NCBI RefSeq assembly: GCF_000092465.1 | Contig: NC_014205.1 | Location: 150,001-182,000, forward strand | Source of the DNA: Staphylothermus hellenicus DSM 12710 | Lineage (GTDB): Archaea > Thermoproteota > Thermoprotei_A > Sulfolobales > Desulfurococcaceae | Length of the DNA stretch: 32,000 nt | Reading direction: 5' to 3' | Shown: positions 9,130 to 17,810 of the stretch, in pieces | How positions within the stretch are numbered: position 1 is the first letter of the stretch | Layout of the letters: each line of letters opens with the position of its first letter | Position numbers and translations under genes: made by a program | The notes under the pieces: generated by a model | What the model was told of the DNA's origin: nothing | The model's input: only the letters and a program-made list of their open reading frames with translations | Databases searched by the model: none

Positions 9130-9945
9130 CTAGAATATGCTTTTTAGTCTTCCACCGTCGACTGGTATTGATGCTCCATTAATATATGATGCGTATGGGC
9201 TGATTAGATATGCTACTAGGTAGCCTACTTCTTCTGGTTCCCCTATTCTGCGTAGTGGTATTTCCGTGGTTATCTCCTTTATTATTTCTTCTTCGCTTTT
9301 ATTCTCCCTCCTGGTTCGGTCTTCTATTAGTTGTTTTACTCTATCAGTCATGATGTATCCTGGTAGTACAGTGTTTACCCTTATACCTTTTGGTCCAAGT
9401 TCTTTGGCGAGAGTTTTTGCTAGGCCGTGAATACTTATTCTTAGAGTGTTTGATAATGCTATGTTTGGTATGGGTTCTTTTACAGCTATACTGGTTAGAT
9501 AGGTTATGGAGGGGTTCTTTGATTTTTCAAGGTAGGGTAGAGCTTTATAGGTGAGCCATAATGCGCTCTTAATTAATAAGTTGACAGCGTATTCCCAGTC
9601 TTCAAGGGATAATTCTGAGGAATAACCTGGTCTAGGCGGGCCGGTTACATATACTAGTGCATCTAGTCCTCCAAGATAATTAATTGTTTCATCAACGAGT
9701 CTCTCAACATCCTCCCTAATAGTTAGATCTGCTTGAACACCATATACTTCGCTGGAACCAATATTTCTAAGCTTTTCAACAGATTTCTCAAGCCTCTCCT
9801 TATTACGTCCATTAATTACTACTCTACAACCCTCTCTTACTAGAACCTTGGCAATACCGTAACCCATACCTCTAGAAGAAGCTGTTACGAGAACTCTATA
9901 CCCATTTATATTGAACATTATGGTTCCTCCATTATTGTTTTTCAA
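9130..9945 (-). CDS. Short-chain dehydrogenase/reductase (SDR) family oxidoreductase
   Basis: It has the VLVTASSRGMGYGIAKVL Rossmann motif (TGxxxGxG variant), a classical SDR length and a C-terminal ...YINGASIPVDGG. The start is probably the second Met (MFNINGY, about 9918). Confidence 0.85.
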   Translation of the reverse strand: MKNNNGGTIMFNINGYRVLVTASSRGMGYGIAKVLVREGCRVVINGRNKERLEKSVEKLRNIGSSEVYGVQADLTIREDVERLVDETINYLGGLDALVYVTGPPRPGYSSELSLEDWEYAVNLLIKSALWLTYKALPYLEKSKNPSITYLTSIAVKEPIPNIALSNTLRISIHGLAKTLAKELGPKGIRVNTVLPGYIMTDRVKQLIEDRTRRENKSEEEIIKEITTEIPLRRIGEPEEVGYLVAYLISPYASYINGASIPVDGGRLKSIF

Positions 9946-9996
9946 AACATAATTATTCTCTAAAGAGAACTAATAATATATTGTATCGATGAATCA

Positions 9997-10944
9997 GTGA
10001 TCTTGGAAATGGTGTGTGGAATGCTTATTATTAAAGGTACTGGTTTTAATGTGGGTATTGTGTCGGAACAGTCTTTCCTCAATAATTTGTTTTATTCTCT
10101 AAACAACTTGTTTCCTAAGAGATATATTCCGAAATATACGGTGTCAACTAGTAGTGGAGAGGGAGGAATAGATGCTTTTATATCGTGGATTAGTGGTGAA
10201 GGTTTTTCTGTTGAGAAATATGTGTTGAGAGATAATGGTGTTGACGAATACTTTGTTAGATCAAATCTGCCTAGACCCTATATTAATGAGTCCCCATATT
10301 TTTTCCTATTACAAGTAATTGCTAGGAGTATTGTGAAAAACAATTACTTGGTCTTAACGGATAGTATTAGTTTTGTATTTAATGATGAAACTTATTTGTT
10401 GGCTGGTTACCCACATACGGGTAAGAGTACATTATTAGCATTAGCCTTAATGAATGATGCGATACCGTTATCGACTGAGAACACTGTTGTATCTGTTAGT
10501 GAGGATGGTGTGAGAATTGTTGGTGGAACAAGTGTTTTAGTATATGATCCCCGGATTGAGGATATTTATGGTGTTAAGCTAGAATATGATTCGATGACTC
10601 GTCACGGATACAGGATTGTTGATTTGGAGAAGCATTATCCGTCGAGAAATAATTATTATGGAGAACTGGTTGATGCAATATATGTTCTCCACTCATCTTT
10701 TAAGTCGGTAGGGGTTGATGCTGAGCCTGTTAAGGGACGTAAAATCCTTAAGACACTCTGGTATTTCGCATCTGCATTGTTGAGGGGGCTGGATTATTAT
10801 CAGCCTCACCCGCTTGTATTGTCTACGAGGATTATAGATGATAAGGTAGAATACATGCTTAGACTAGTTAGTGAGAAGTATAGTGGTAGATTCTATGAAG
10901 TATATGGGCGCCACGACCATATATTCAAATACATAGTTGGTTAA
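9997..10944 (+). CDS. Uncharacterised P-loop protein (Walker A context reminiscent of the HprK C-terminal domain)
   Basis: 315-aa ORF with a GTG start. LLAGYPHTGKSTLLALALMNDAIPLSTENTVV resembles the G-x-S/T-GKS...AL-L...D-D/E-x-V arrangement of HprK-like kinases. This is weak and by eye only. Confidence 0.55.
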   Translation: MILEMVCGMLIIKGTGFNVGIVSEQSFLNNLFYSLNNLFPKRYIPKYTVSTSSGEGGIDAFISWISGEGFSVEKYVLRDNGVDEYFVRSNLPRPYINESPYFFLLQVIARSIVKNNYLVLTDSISFVFNDETYLLAGYPHTGKSTLLALALMNDAIPLSTENTVVSVSEDGVRIVGGTSVLVYDPRIEDIYGVKLEYDSMTRHGYRIVDLEKHYPSRNNYYGELVDAIYVLHSSFKSVGVDAEPVKGRKILKTLWYFASALLRGLDYYQPHPLVLSTRIIDDKVEYMLRLVSEKYSGRFYEVYGRHDHIFKYIVG

Positions 10945-10952
10945 AGAATTAT

Positions 10953-11258
10953 TTGGGAGAGAACATGGGTTTAGGCTTGCTGCTCATTCTTTTAGGAGCT
11001 ATTCTCATCGTTATAGAGATAGCTACGCCTGGCTTCTTCATAGCTGTTCCAGGAACTATTCTTATCATTTATGGTGTATTACTCGCGTTGTTTCCAGAGC
11101 TTATCAATATCCCATATGTTCCCTGGATATTGTTCTTCCTATCTTTCCCCATAGGCTACATAACATATTTGATTTATAGGAAACTATCTCCTCCATCACC
11201 ACCTGTTACCGAGAGCTATGAGGGGTTGGTTAGTAAGGTAGGGGGTAGAAACATATAG
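10953..11258 (+). CDS. NfeD-like membrane protein, apparently C-terminally truncated (OB-fold domain missing)
   Basis: It has three TM helices, then the linker SPPSPPVTESYEGLVSKVGGRNI*. Short NfeD proteins normally continue from the GLVGKxG motif into an OB-fold domine of about 60 aa; here the frame stops about 5 codons in. It sits upstream of a stomatin fragment, the canonical NfeD partner. Confidence 0.6.
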   Translation: MGENMGLGLLLILLGAILIVIEIATPGFFIAVPGTILIIYGVLLALFPELINIPYVPWILFFLSFPIGYITYLIYRKLSPPSPPVTESYEGLVSKVGGRNI

Positions 11259-11300
11259 TGTTGCTTTCTTAATGTTTATATGTTGGTGTTTCAGGGTGGA

Positions 11301-11308
11301 TTTATATA
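11301..11308 (+). promoter_or_regulatory. Candidate archaeal TATA box (TTTATATA) upstream of the G+C-rich element
   Basis: TTTATATA lies in an AT-rich spacer. A start about 25 nt downstream would fall near 11331 (TTGATGATGAGG...). Confidence 0.3.
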
Positions 11309-11344
11309 TGTGTTTGTTTAATTGTTGTGTTTGATGATGAGGTT

Positions 11345-11520
11345 TGGATCCCGCGCCCAATATGTAGGGGTTAGGCTAAGCCTGAATGGGCGCGGGGATT
11401 AGAAGTATCCGAAGATGTGGGGAGCAATCCGTTCCCCCCGAAAGCCCCTCGATGAAGATGGGAGGGGGGAAGGCTAGCCGTAGCATTTGTTGCATTCGTT
11501 GCTTTTGCTACGGCTAACCA
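11345..11520 (+). ncRNA. Unclassified G+C-rich structured RNA candidate
   Basis: A sharp G+C-rich block sits in an AT-rich genome. It contains three perfect stems:
- 11350-11359 CCCGCGCCCA pairs with 11387-11396 TGGGCGCGGG.
- 11445-11450 CCCCTC pairs with 11462-11467 GAGGGG, around a GATGAAGATGG loop.
- 11475-11485 TAGCCGTAGCA pairs with 11506-11516 TGCTACGGCTA.
UGAUGA-type motifs occur at 11332-11340 and 11451-11455. No ATG/GTG/TTG-initiated ORF explains the block. The strand is assumed from the upstream TATA. Confidence 0.4.
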
Positions 11521-12175
11521 GAACGGTGTTCGCGTAGAAACAGTTGAGATCAGGGAGGTTGAGCCTAGTCCGCGTGTTAAGAAAGCGATGGAGGAGCAAA
11601 CTAGTGCTGAGCGTGAGCGTAGAGCAGCTATTCTAAGAGCTGATGGTGAGAAGAGGGTTGCAGTACTTAAGGCTGAGGGTGAGAAAACTGCTCAAATACT
11701 ACGCTCTGAAGGCGAGCGTATGGCTAAGATTCTGAGAGCTGAGGGTGAGAGATTGGCAACTATTCTTAGAGCACAAGGTGAAGCACAAAGACTTAGAATA
11801 CTGAGTCTTGGAGCAGCCAGTCTACACAGCCACGCATTAACAGTTATGAGCCTAGAAACATTGAAAGCAATGGCTGATGGTAAAGCAACAAAGATCATAG
11901 TTCCATTCGAAGTATCCAGACTAGTAGAAGCATTATCAGCATATATAGGGAAAGGAGTTAGAGAACCGCAAATACCACAAGTAGACATAGAAAAACTAGT
12001 AAAACTAATAGGGGAACCAGAGAAAATACTGGGAAAAATACCTAGCTACGAAGAATTATCAGTAGAGGTGAAGAAAGCAATAGAAGAAGCAAAAAAGAAA
12101 AAACTAACACCAACAGAACTATCAAGAGAAGAAAAAGAACTACTAGAAACACTGGAAAAAGAAGAGAAAACATAA
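11456..12175 (+). pseudogene. Stomatin/SPFH (band-7) protein, C-terminal part only; SPFH core missing
   Basis: Track ORF 11588..12175 begins ...EEQTSAERERRAAILRADGEKRVAVLKAEGEK..., the coiled-coil tail of archaeal stomatins. The same frame is open upstream to 11456 (..NGVRVETVEIREVEPSPRVKKAM..), which is the end of the SPFH domain. That stretch has no in-frame ATG/GTG/TTG and a TGA at 11453-11455. About 150 aa of N-terminal TM plus SPFH domain are absent. Confidence 0.6.
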
Positions 12176-12208
12176 ACCCTCCAACACAAATAAGTATAAA
12201 CAGGAAAA

Positions 12209-12359
<151 letters not shown>

Positions 12360-12430
12360 CCTTTCTAACAAAACAAATAAAACAATAAAACCCAACAAAC
12401 ACATTAACAACTAGGAGAAAACAGAGACAA

Positions 12431-12506
12431 GGGCCCGTAGCCTAGCCCGGATCAGGGCGCCGGCCTTCGGAGCCGGAGATCCCGGGTTCGAATCCCGGCG
12501 GGCCCG
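12431..12506 (+). tRNA. tRNA-Arg (anticodon UCG)
   Basis: Acceptor stem GGGCCCG/CGGGCCC. Anticodon stem CCGGC/GCCGG with loop CTTCGGA. T-arm CCGGGTTCGAATCCCGG. No encoded CCA. Confidence 0.9.
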
Positions 12507-13059
12507 CTAACTCCATTAGCTTGGTAGAATAGCTCGAAATACTCTGCCATTAGTTCTCGTTCTTGTGAAGCCTTGAAAACTCGCTCCTGATCTCAAAAAT
12601 GAGTATTTATAGTGAGTTCTGATTGGTATGGGAAAATCAATGTTCATCTCCAAACTAGTTAGGCTCAGTATTCTAGGCCTTGTAAAGGATAAGATTGGAT
12701 ACACGAGTACATGTATGGTTTTAGATACTGCAGAGAAGCATGCTAAGTTAGTTCTAAAGGAGAAGCAATTAATGATACTATTAACAGGTATCAATAAAGC
12801 CTGGTTCTAGAAAGGAATAGAGCTTCTAGTAAGAGTGTGAAGGGGGACTCCTGTTGCAGTGGAGGTCATAATACGTGGTCCTGCAAGAATATTCTCTTAA
12901 AGATCTTGGGTGTTGTTGCAAAGATTCTGAGTTATCTCTATAGGTGCAAGGTTATTATCTCCATTAGATTAAGAGAGGTTGGAGCGTTAATTTTAAATAA
13001 GGGTATTAAAATAAAAATAACAAATTTTAATATACACAATAAAGTATCGGTGTTTCCGA

Positions 13060-13773
13060 ATGAAACGTAGATATGTTTCATTAGCTATAATAATCTTGGC
13101 TGTAACTATAGTAGCTGTCGTAAATGGAACAGCATTCATATATAGAACATTGCAGGGGAACGTACAGGTAACAGATATAACAAGCGGCCAGAACGAGGGA
13201 ACCATAGCCCAATATGGTATGGCATGTACAGGGTTCTATGTTAAGGGTGCAGACTCAGGAAACACAATACATTCAGATATATTACCAGATGCCGGCACCA
13301 ATCATGATGTATCAATAACCAGCTCTGGCAGTGAATGGTACGGTGTAAAAGTAGACTGGGGTGACATAGCTTGCCAGTGGGACAACACAACTGATCAACA
13401 AACATACACTCTCTACAAGTCGGCAACAATAAATGTTAAAGTAACCAATGGAGACTGGTACTTCAAAGACTTACTTGGCTTCGGCTACCCAAGCGTTATC
13501 ACCGGCCCAGACACAATATATGTAAGAATAAAGGTAGCCAGCCCCCTAACCAACTCTAATATAGATAGTGCAAAACTAATAATCTATGATGCATCAACCC
13601 AGAGTCAGGCAGGTGTAATATATTTGAGGAGCAATACTCTTAGCAATCCAATCCAGCTATCCCCTGGCGATGGGTTCCAGATAGACCTAGAACTTTCTGC
13701 AACAGGGTCGGTGAGCTCTGACAGCTTCACAGTATTGTTCTATGTATCAAGCAGTAACGAGGCTCCAAGGTAG
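13060..13773 (+). CDS. Secreted protein with N-terminal signal/anchor; candidate TasA/camelysin-like fibre subunit
   Basis: 237 aa. The start MKRRYVSLAIIILAVTIVAVVNGTAFIYRTLQGNVQV is a basic n-region, then a TM helix, then a GTAF-type segment like the TasA N-terminus. The remainder is Ser/Thr/Asn-rich and beta-type. It is the first gene of a cluster containing a SipW-type signal peptidase. Confidence 0.55.
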   Translation: MKRRYVSLAIIILAVTIVAVVNGTAFIYRTLQGNVQVTDITSGQNEGTIAQYGMACTGFYVKGADSGNTIHSDILPDAGTNHDVSITSSGSEWYGVKVDWGDIACQWDNTTDQQTYTLYKSATINVKVTNGDWYFKDLLGFGYPSVITGPDTIYVRIKVASPLTNSNIDSAKLIIYDASTQSQAGVIYLRSNTLSNPIQLSPGDGFQIDLELSATGSVSSDSFTVLFYVSSSNEAPR

Positions 13774-13882
13774 CATCCACATCATGCAGTAAATGTATTG
13801 AAAAATTAAAGTTTTTTACAATACTCAATACTCGTCCCTTATTTATACATAGGCTTTTGTTCATATATTAACTGGTGGGTCT

Positions 13883-15076
13883 TTGATGCCAGGAGTATGG
13901 AGGGTTTTATCGTATGTTGGTGTTATAGTTGTTCTAGCATTGTTTGCTGGGAAGCTGCTGGGTCTGCCGGTAGCTTTGATGATTGTTTATGGTTCCTCTA
14001 TGGAGCCTAGCCTTAAGCCTTTTGATCTGGTTCTCGGTGTTCACCCGGATATTGTCGGGGGTGTTGGGAGGGGTGATGTTGTTGTATGGTGTGATCCAGG
14101 CGATGTATGGAGGACTAGCTGTGTTGTTCACAGGGTTATTGATGTACGTGGGGCTGGTGGAGAAAACATTGTGATTACTAAGGGTGATGCTCTAACATAT
14201 CCTGATCCACCGGTTCGTTTATCTAGGGTGTCCTATGTGGTTGTTGCACATGCCCCCAACCTTGTCACTCTTCTATTGCTTACTTTAATCTATGTGATTG
14301 GTATAATATACCACTCTGTTTACCTTCCCTATATTTCTCATAGACGCCGTCTAATTGTTTATCCGGGAACAATTGCTTTACTCTTGGTGATATACTATGT
14401 AATAACCAATACCATCTACATAGGCTCAGGTATGCTCGACACTTCACCTACGACTATTAGCTTCCCAAGGCTTTATAGGGAAGATTTATCCTTCAATACC
14501 TACTCGGGTCTTGTAAATATATCGCTTAGCTACAACTCTTCTCTCTCCCCTATTAATAGCCCTAAGTGTGGAGTAATTGAACCTATCAATGCAAGCCTCA
14601 TACCTGAAAAATTCACTATAGCTAATGGTAGTGCTAACATAATTATACGTATACCGCCCAATGTTTTCCAGGAGCTCTGGAGAATAGATTCAAAACGTGT
14701 CTCCTCATGGAGTCTTCCATCTCCTCCAGCTAAGGTGTCTACATCCATATTGCTTAGCTGTGTACTCCGTTTTAATGGAGGGATCCTTAAAAGCACTTAT
14801 TCCCTCAAATTTAACTGGATAGAGCCTGTAGCTAAGCCATATGGTGATGACAAGGTAGTTGTAGAGAATCATAACCCTGTCCCGATTAATGCGAGTGTTG
14901 AGGTTTATAGCTACTACCAGGATAAGGTGATCTATAGGGAGAGCATTGTATTGAAGCCTTTCACCAATAATATTATAGATTTGCCTAAGACTGGGGAGGG
15001 GGATGTACTTGTAGTCTATATCCACTATGTCTTCCTAGGACATGTTAGGAGCATAGGGGTGGTTGTGCATGCCTAG
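13883..15076 (+). CDS. Signal peptidase I, archaeal/ER type (S26B, SipW/Sec11-like) with a long C-terminal extension
   Basis: An N-terminal TM helix is followed by VYGSSMEPSLKPFDLVLG (Ser box), GDVVVW, VVHRVIDV (His box) and ITKGDA. About 250 further residues include extra TM helices and a beta-rich domain. The ATG at 13886 is probably the start. Confidence 0.75.
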   Translation: MMPGVWRVLSYVGVIVVLALFAGKLLGLPVALMIVYGSSMEPSLKPFDLVLGVHPDIVGGVGRGDVVVWCDPGDVWRTSCVVHRVIDVRGAGGENIVITKGDALTYPDPPVRLSRVSYVVVAHAPNLVTLLLLTLIYVIGIIYHSVYLPYISHRRRLIVYPGTIALLLVIYYVITNTIYIGSGMLDTSPTTISFPRLYREDLSFNTYSGLVNISLSYNSSLSPINSPKCGVIEPINASLIPEKFTIANGSANIIIRIPPNVFQELWRIDSKRVSSWSLPSPPAKVSTSILLSCVLRFNGGILKSTYSLKFNWIEPVAKPYGDDKVVVENHNPVPINASVEVYSYYQDKVIYRESIVLKPFTNNIIDLPKTGEGDVLVVYIHYVFLGHVRSIGVVVHA

Positions 15077-15761
15077 TAGGAGGGAGAACTCTATTATACA
15101 AGTCTATGAGCAAGTAGCTATGGAGGCAACTCGATACTATTGGCTTGGATCCCTGGCAAGAATAGGGCTTGCCTCATCATCCATAGTTGTCTTAGCCGCC
15201 TCAACCCTTATCCTCTGGATAACCTTAAACCCACTATACGTGTTTAAGGATCCTCTCATAAATGGTGAGGTAGGCTTCGTATACTATAGCCTATATAGCT
15301 TTGGAAAGCCTCTCCAAATCCCAGTACTAGATTCACTCACCAAGCTCTCCTTCATCTTAATCTTCAGCTCCACACTATCATCTGCCTTAGTTGCTCCAGC
15401 ACTTGTAACTGTTCTTGTAAAGCCGAAGATGCCACGTATCTACTTAGAGGTTGCTGCAGCTGGTAACGCTATAGGAGGGCTGAATACCTCGTTACTAATA
15501 TCATTCCTACGAGTCCTATACATGAACATAATATCTTCCATACCCATTACAGCTTCCATACACACTCAATACGGCGTTTTCATATTCTACAGGTCGACTA
15601 GCTGGTACACTGAGGTAGGATTATTGAGCCTACGCCTATGGCCCATATACCCTGTACTAGCAGGTGTACTCATAGGATCTGCTGGAGCAACAATATATTA
15701 CATAACCAGATACTATGAGGAAATACTTGAACTACCACCTATTCCAGTAAACCCAACATAA
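15063..15761 (+). CDS. Polytopic membrane protein of the signal-peptidase cluster
   Basis: 232-aa ORF overlapping the upstream gene by 14 nt, with several hydrophobic helices. After the first TM it carries PLINGEVGF, which resembles the post-TM motif of both flanking secreted proteins. Confidence 0.6.
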   Translation: MCMPSRRENSIIQVYEQVAMEATRYYWLGSLARIGLASSSIVVLAASTLILWITLNPLYVFKDPLINGEVGFVYYSLYSFGKPLQIPVLDSLTKLSFILIFSSTLSSALVAPALVTVLVKPKMPRIYLEVAAAGNAIGGLNTSLLISFLRVLYMNIISSIPITASIHTQYGVFIFYRSTSWYTEVGLLSLRLWPIYPVLAGVLIGSAGATIYYITRYYEEILELPPIPVNPT

Positions 15762-15790
15762 CACAAACAAAAAATGGGGTGAGCTAGAAT

Positions 15791-17329
15791 ATGACTAGAA
15801 TAAATAGGATAACGAGGAGTCTAGCAGCTGTAGCAGCTGTAGCAATTATACTATCAGCCATAGTAGCCTACCAAACAGTATTTACTGGCAGAAGCCTTAA
15901 TGGAGAAGTAGAGGTTCAACCAGAATCTATCATATGGTACGAGGACCCAGGAACACCAAACGTAGACGTATCTATAGAGAACGGGTTGAAAGCAAACATA
16001 ACAATAACCACCCATCCCCCAGACATAGTTTTGAAGGAGAGACATGCAATATACAACAATACATTCGACCAATATCCGTCAGAACTCAACGCATCTCCAG
16101 GCTGTAGCAATGTATGGGGATGGGACTCCACAGGACATTACATCTATTATCCCATCTCTGGGGAGGGATGGTATTGTTATATCTACCCTTCAAACATTGA
16201 TATCAGTAGCTACGTGGGTAATGGAAGCAAAGTCTATGTAGCTGCTATAACGTGGCGTAGCGCGTTTTATTATGCGGGCGTATTCCGAGTTGGCTACACA
16301 TTTCTAAACGATACTACATGGGATAATTACCTCATAGGCTTGCGTAACGAGCTCTTACAGGGAAGAACAGGGGATAATGCTAATGCTACAGCATATTACT
16401 ACGACTACTTTGTTAATGGAAACTACATAGGCTATTATATATACCTGCTTAACCAGTCGTCTCTCCCAAGTGGTGCATTGGGGTTTGAGTACGGGTACCG
16501 CCACAACTTGAGTGCTGGCATGGATTTCTCTACATGGAATGCCGGGCTTTGGGGCAAGGGTCTTACAATTAATAGCTCGGATACCCTTCAGGTTCTTGAG
16601 GCCCATATAAATGAGACGTATAGGATTATGCCTAATAGGGTTGGGGTTGGTGTGCATGTAGAGAACTTAGAGGGGACGCAGAATAGTGAGAAAGTTTACT
16701 TCGATAACTTGGTTATAACGGTTAATGCTCCTCCATGGCTTGTTAATGTATCTGGGCTTCAGCCTGGTTGGCGTGTTGTATTGGAGAACTCTACTGGAGG
16801 AGTTATAGATGATGCTATTGTGGGTAGTGATGGTATTGCTGTGCTTGAGGTTTGGGGCTACTTAATAATTCCTAATGCTACTATCAAAGTATATGATTCC
16901 TCTGGAAACCTCATTGTTAATAAGAGTTTTGACCGTGTGATAGGCGGTGATCTCTACGAGCTTACAGGATTTATGGGTACCATTATCAATATATACTCAA
17001 ATCTAACCACAGGATTCAGGTCTGGACTGGGGCTTGTCTCAACAAACTCTACAGTAAACGATGCCTATGTATACATATACCTCTATAACATGTCTGGATA
17101 CAGGGTTGGCCCAATAGGGATCAGGGATGGAAATATAGCCGTTAATACTACGAACTATATCTGGATGAAACCACCATCTAGCTGGAGCAGTAAATGGGGG
17201 GCCGGCTACGTAGAGCTAGTAGCATATATGCCGGGGGGAACCTATAAACTCAGGTTAAAGCAAGAATTTACTCTCTCACCTGGCATATACATCTATGGTT
17301 ACATAGACATAACTATAAGGTCGTCATAA
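15791..17329 (+). CDS. Large secreted/surface protein with N-terminal signal anchor
   Basis: 512 aa. The start is MTRINRITRSLAAVAAVAIILSAIVAYQTVFTGRSLNGEVEVQ. There are many N-x-S/T sequons, Tyr/Gly/Asn-rich beta-type composition, and a GGTGAG Shine-Dalgarno-like element upstream. Confidence 0.7.
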   Translation: MTRINRITRSLAAVAAVAIILSAIVAYQTVFTGRSLNGEVEVQPESIIWYEDPGTPNVDVSIENGLKANITITTHPPDIVLKERHAIYNNTFDQYPSELNASPGCSNVWGWDSTGHYIYYPISGEGWYCYIYPSNIDISSYVGNGSKVYVAAITWRSAFYYAGVFRVGYTFLNDTTWDNYLIGLRNELLQGRTGDNANATAYYYDYFVNGNYIGYYIYLLNQSSLPSGALGFEYGYRHNLSAGMDFSTWNAGLWGKGLTINSSDTLQVLEAHINETYRIMPNRVGVGVHVENLEGTQNSEKVYFDNLVITVNAPPWLVNVSGLQPGWRVVLENSTGGVIDDAIVGSDGIAVLEVWGYLIIPNATIKVYDSSGNLIVNKSFDRVIGGDLYELTGFMGTIINIYSNLTTGFRSGLGLVSTNSTVNDAYVYIYLYNMSGYRVGPIGIRDGNIAVNTTNYIWMKPPSSWSSKWGAGYVELVAYMPGGTYKLRLKQEFTLSPGIYIYGYIDITIRSS

Positions 17330-17627
17330 CTATTCATATTCGCTCTCTTACTTACAGCTTCATACACTACGTTTAGAAAAATAATTGTAGACCTCATAGG
17401 ATGGATAAAAGCATGATATAGGTGAGAACGCTTAGCTGTAGAAACAAAAACACATAACCACATCTCGATAATTAAGGAGAGCCTTATCATTAACCCTAGG
17501 CTAAGGCGGGAGAATAAAAGCCTATACCTCCCTATATAGCATATTTTCTAAGCCCTAATGCTAAACATAGTATTCTCTGGTGGATAAGGGATGGAATGGG
17601 CTTAGAAAATATTCAAATTACTTGCTA

Positions 17628-17652
17628 CTTTCAATTCTTTCTATGTTGTTAC
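17628..17652 (-). CRISPR. Orphan single CRISPR repeat (GTAACAACATAGAAAGAATTGAAAG on the minus strand)
   Basis: It is identical to the second repeat of the array at 21112-21136. It ends in ATTGAAAG, the crenarchaeal crRNA 5'-handle sequence. A leader-like sequence immediately precedes it on the minus strand. No further repeat is seen leftward. Confidence 0.7.
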
Positions 17653-17810
17653 TTTGGTTCGAATAAATTGCTACATTTTATTTTTTCTTCGAATCAGATA
17701 TATATGTTTTTCCATAATTGATCCATGCTTGATCCTGTTCGAACAATTATCTATAGACTTAATAGTATCTCTGACCCCCTTGAAGGGTTTGTGAAAAATA
17801 TTCGATTAGG
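17653..17810 (-). promoter_or_regulatory. CRISPR leader (left copy, minus-strand orientation)
   Basis: About 150 nt align by eye at roughly 80 percent identity to the reverse complement of 20885-21045. It abuts the orphan repeat, is AT-rich, and contains three TTCGAA palindromes. Confidence 0.6.

Noticed and set aside
10937-11179. Track ORF of 80 aa overlapping the NfeD-like gene in another frame.
   Set aside because: The NfeD frame gives clean TM helices and the expected operon partner. The alternative frame is Arg/His/Ser-rich and has no motifs.
11332-11385. C/D-box sRNA reading of the 5' part of the G+C-rich element (AUGAUGA at 11334-11340, CUGA at 11382-11385).
   Set aside because: The 41-nt interval has no internal D'/C' boxes at the expected spacing of about 12 nt. 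It is mostly occupied by a 10-bp G+C stem, so it is not a canonical archaeal C/D guide RNA. Kept only as a possible K-turn within a larger RNA.
11475-11516. Resemblance of the hairpin UAGCCGUAGCA...UGCUACGGCUA to group II intron domain V (AGCCGUA...UACGGUU).
   Set aside because: The 20-nt loop is not a tetraloop, there is no 2-nt bulge, and no other intron domains or reverse-transcriptase ORF are nearby. The similarity is limited to about 7 nt.
11692-11988. Track ORF of 98 aa on the minus strand. Also noticed: an apparent DNA periodicity in 11620-11800.
   Set aside because: The ORF is antisense to the stomatin coiled-coil region. The periodicity reflects the AEGE(K/R)xAxILR heptad-like protein repeats typical of SPFH C-termini, not a DNA tandem repeat.
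12516-13070. Overlapping small ORFs (12516..12794 minus, 12628..12810 plus, 12837..13070 plus) just after tRNA-Arg.
   Set aside because: There are no recognisable motifs, no convincing ribosome-binding sites, and the overlaps are mutually exclusive. This may be another tRNA-adjacent scar, but I cannot support any as a gene.
13934-16657. Assorted antisense or alternate-frame ORFs within the fibre/signal-peptidase cluster (for example 13934..14131, 14530..14796, 14705..15025, 15854..16072, 16355..16657).
   Set aside because: They are embedded in longer co-directional genes that have signal peptides and peptidase motifs. There is no independent support for them.
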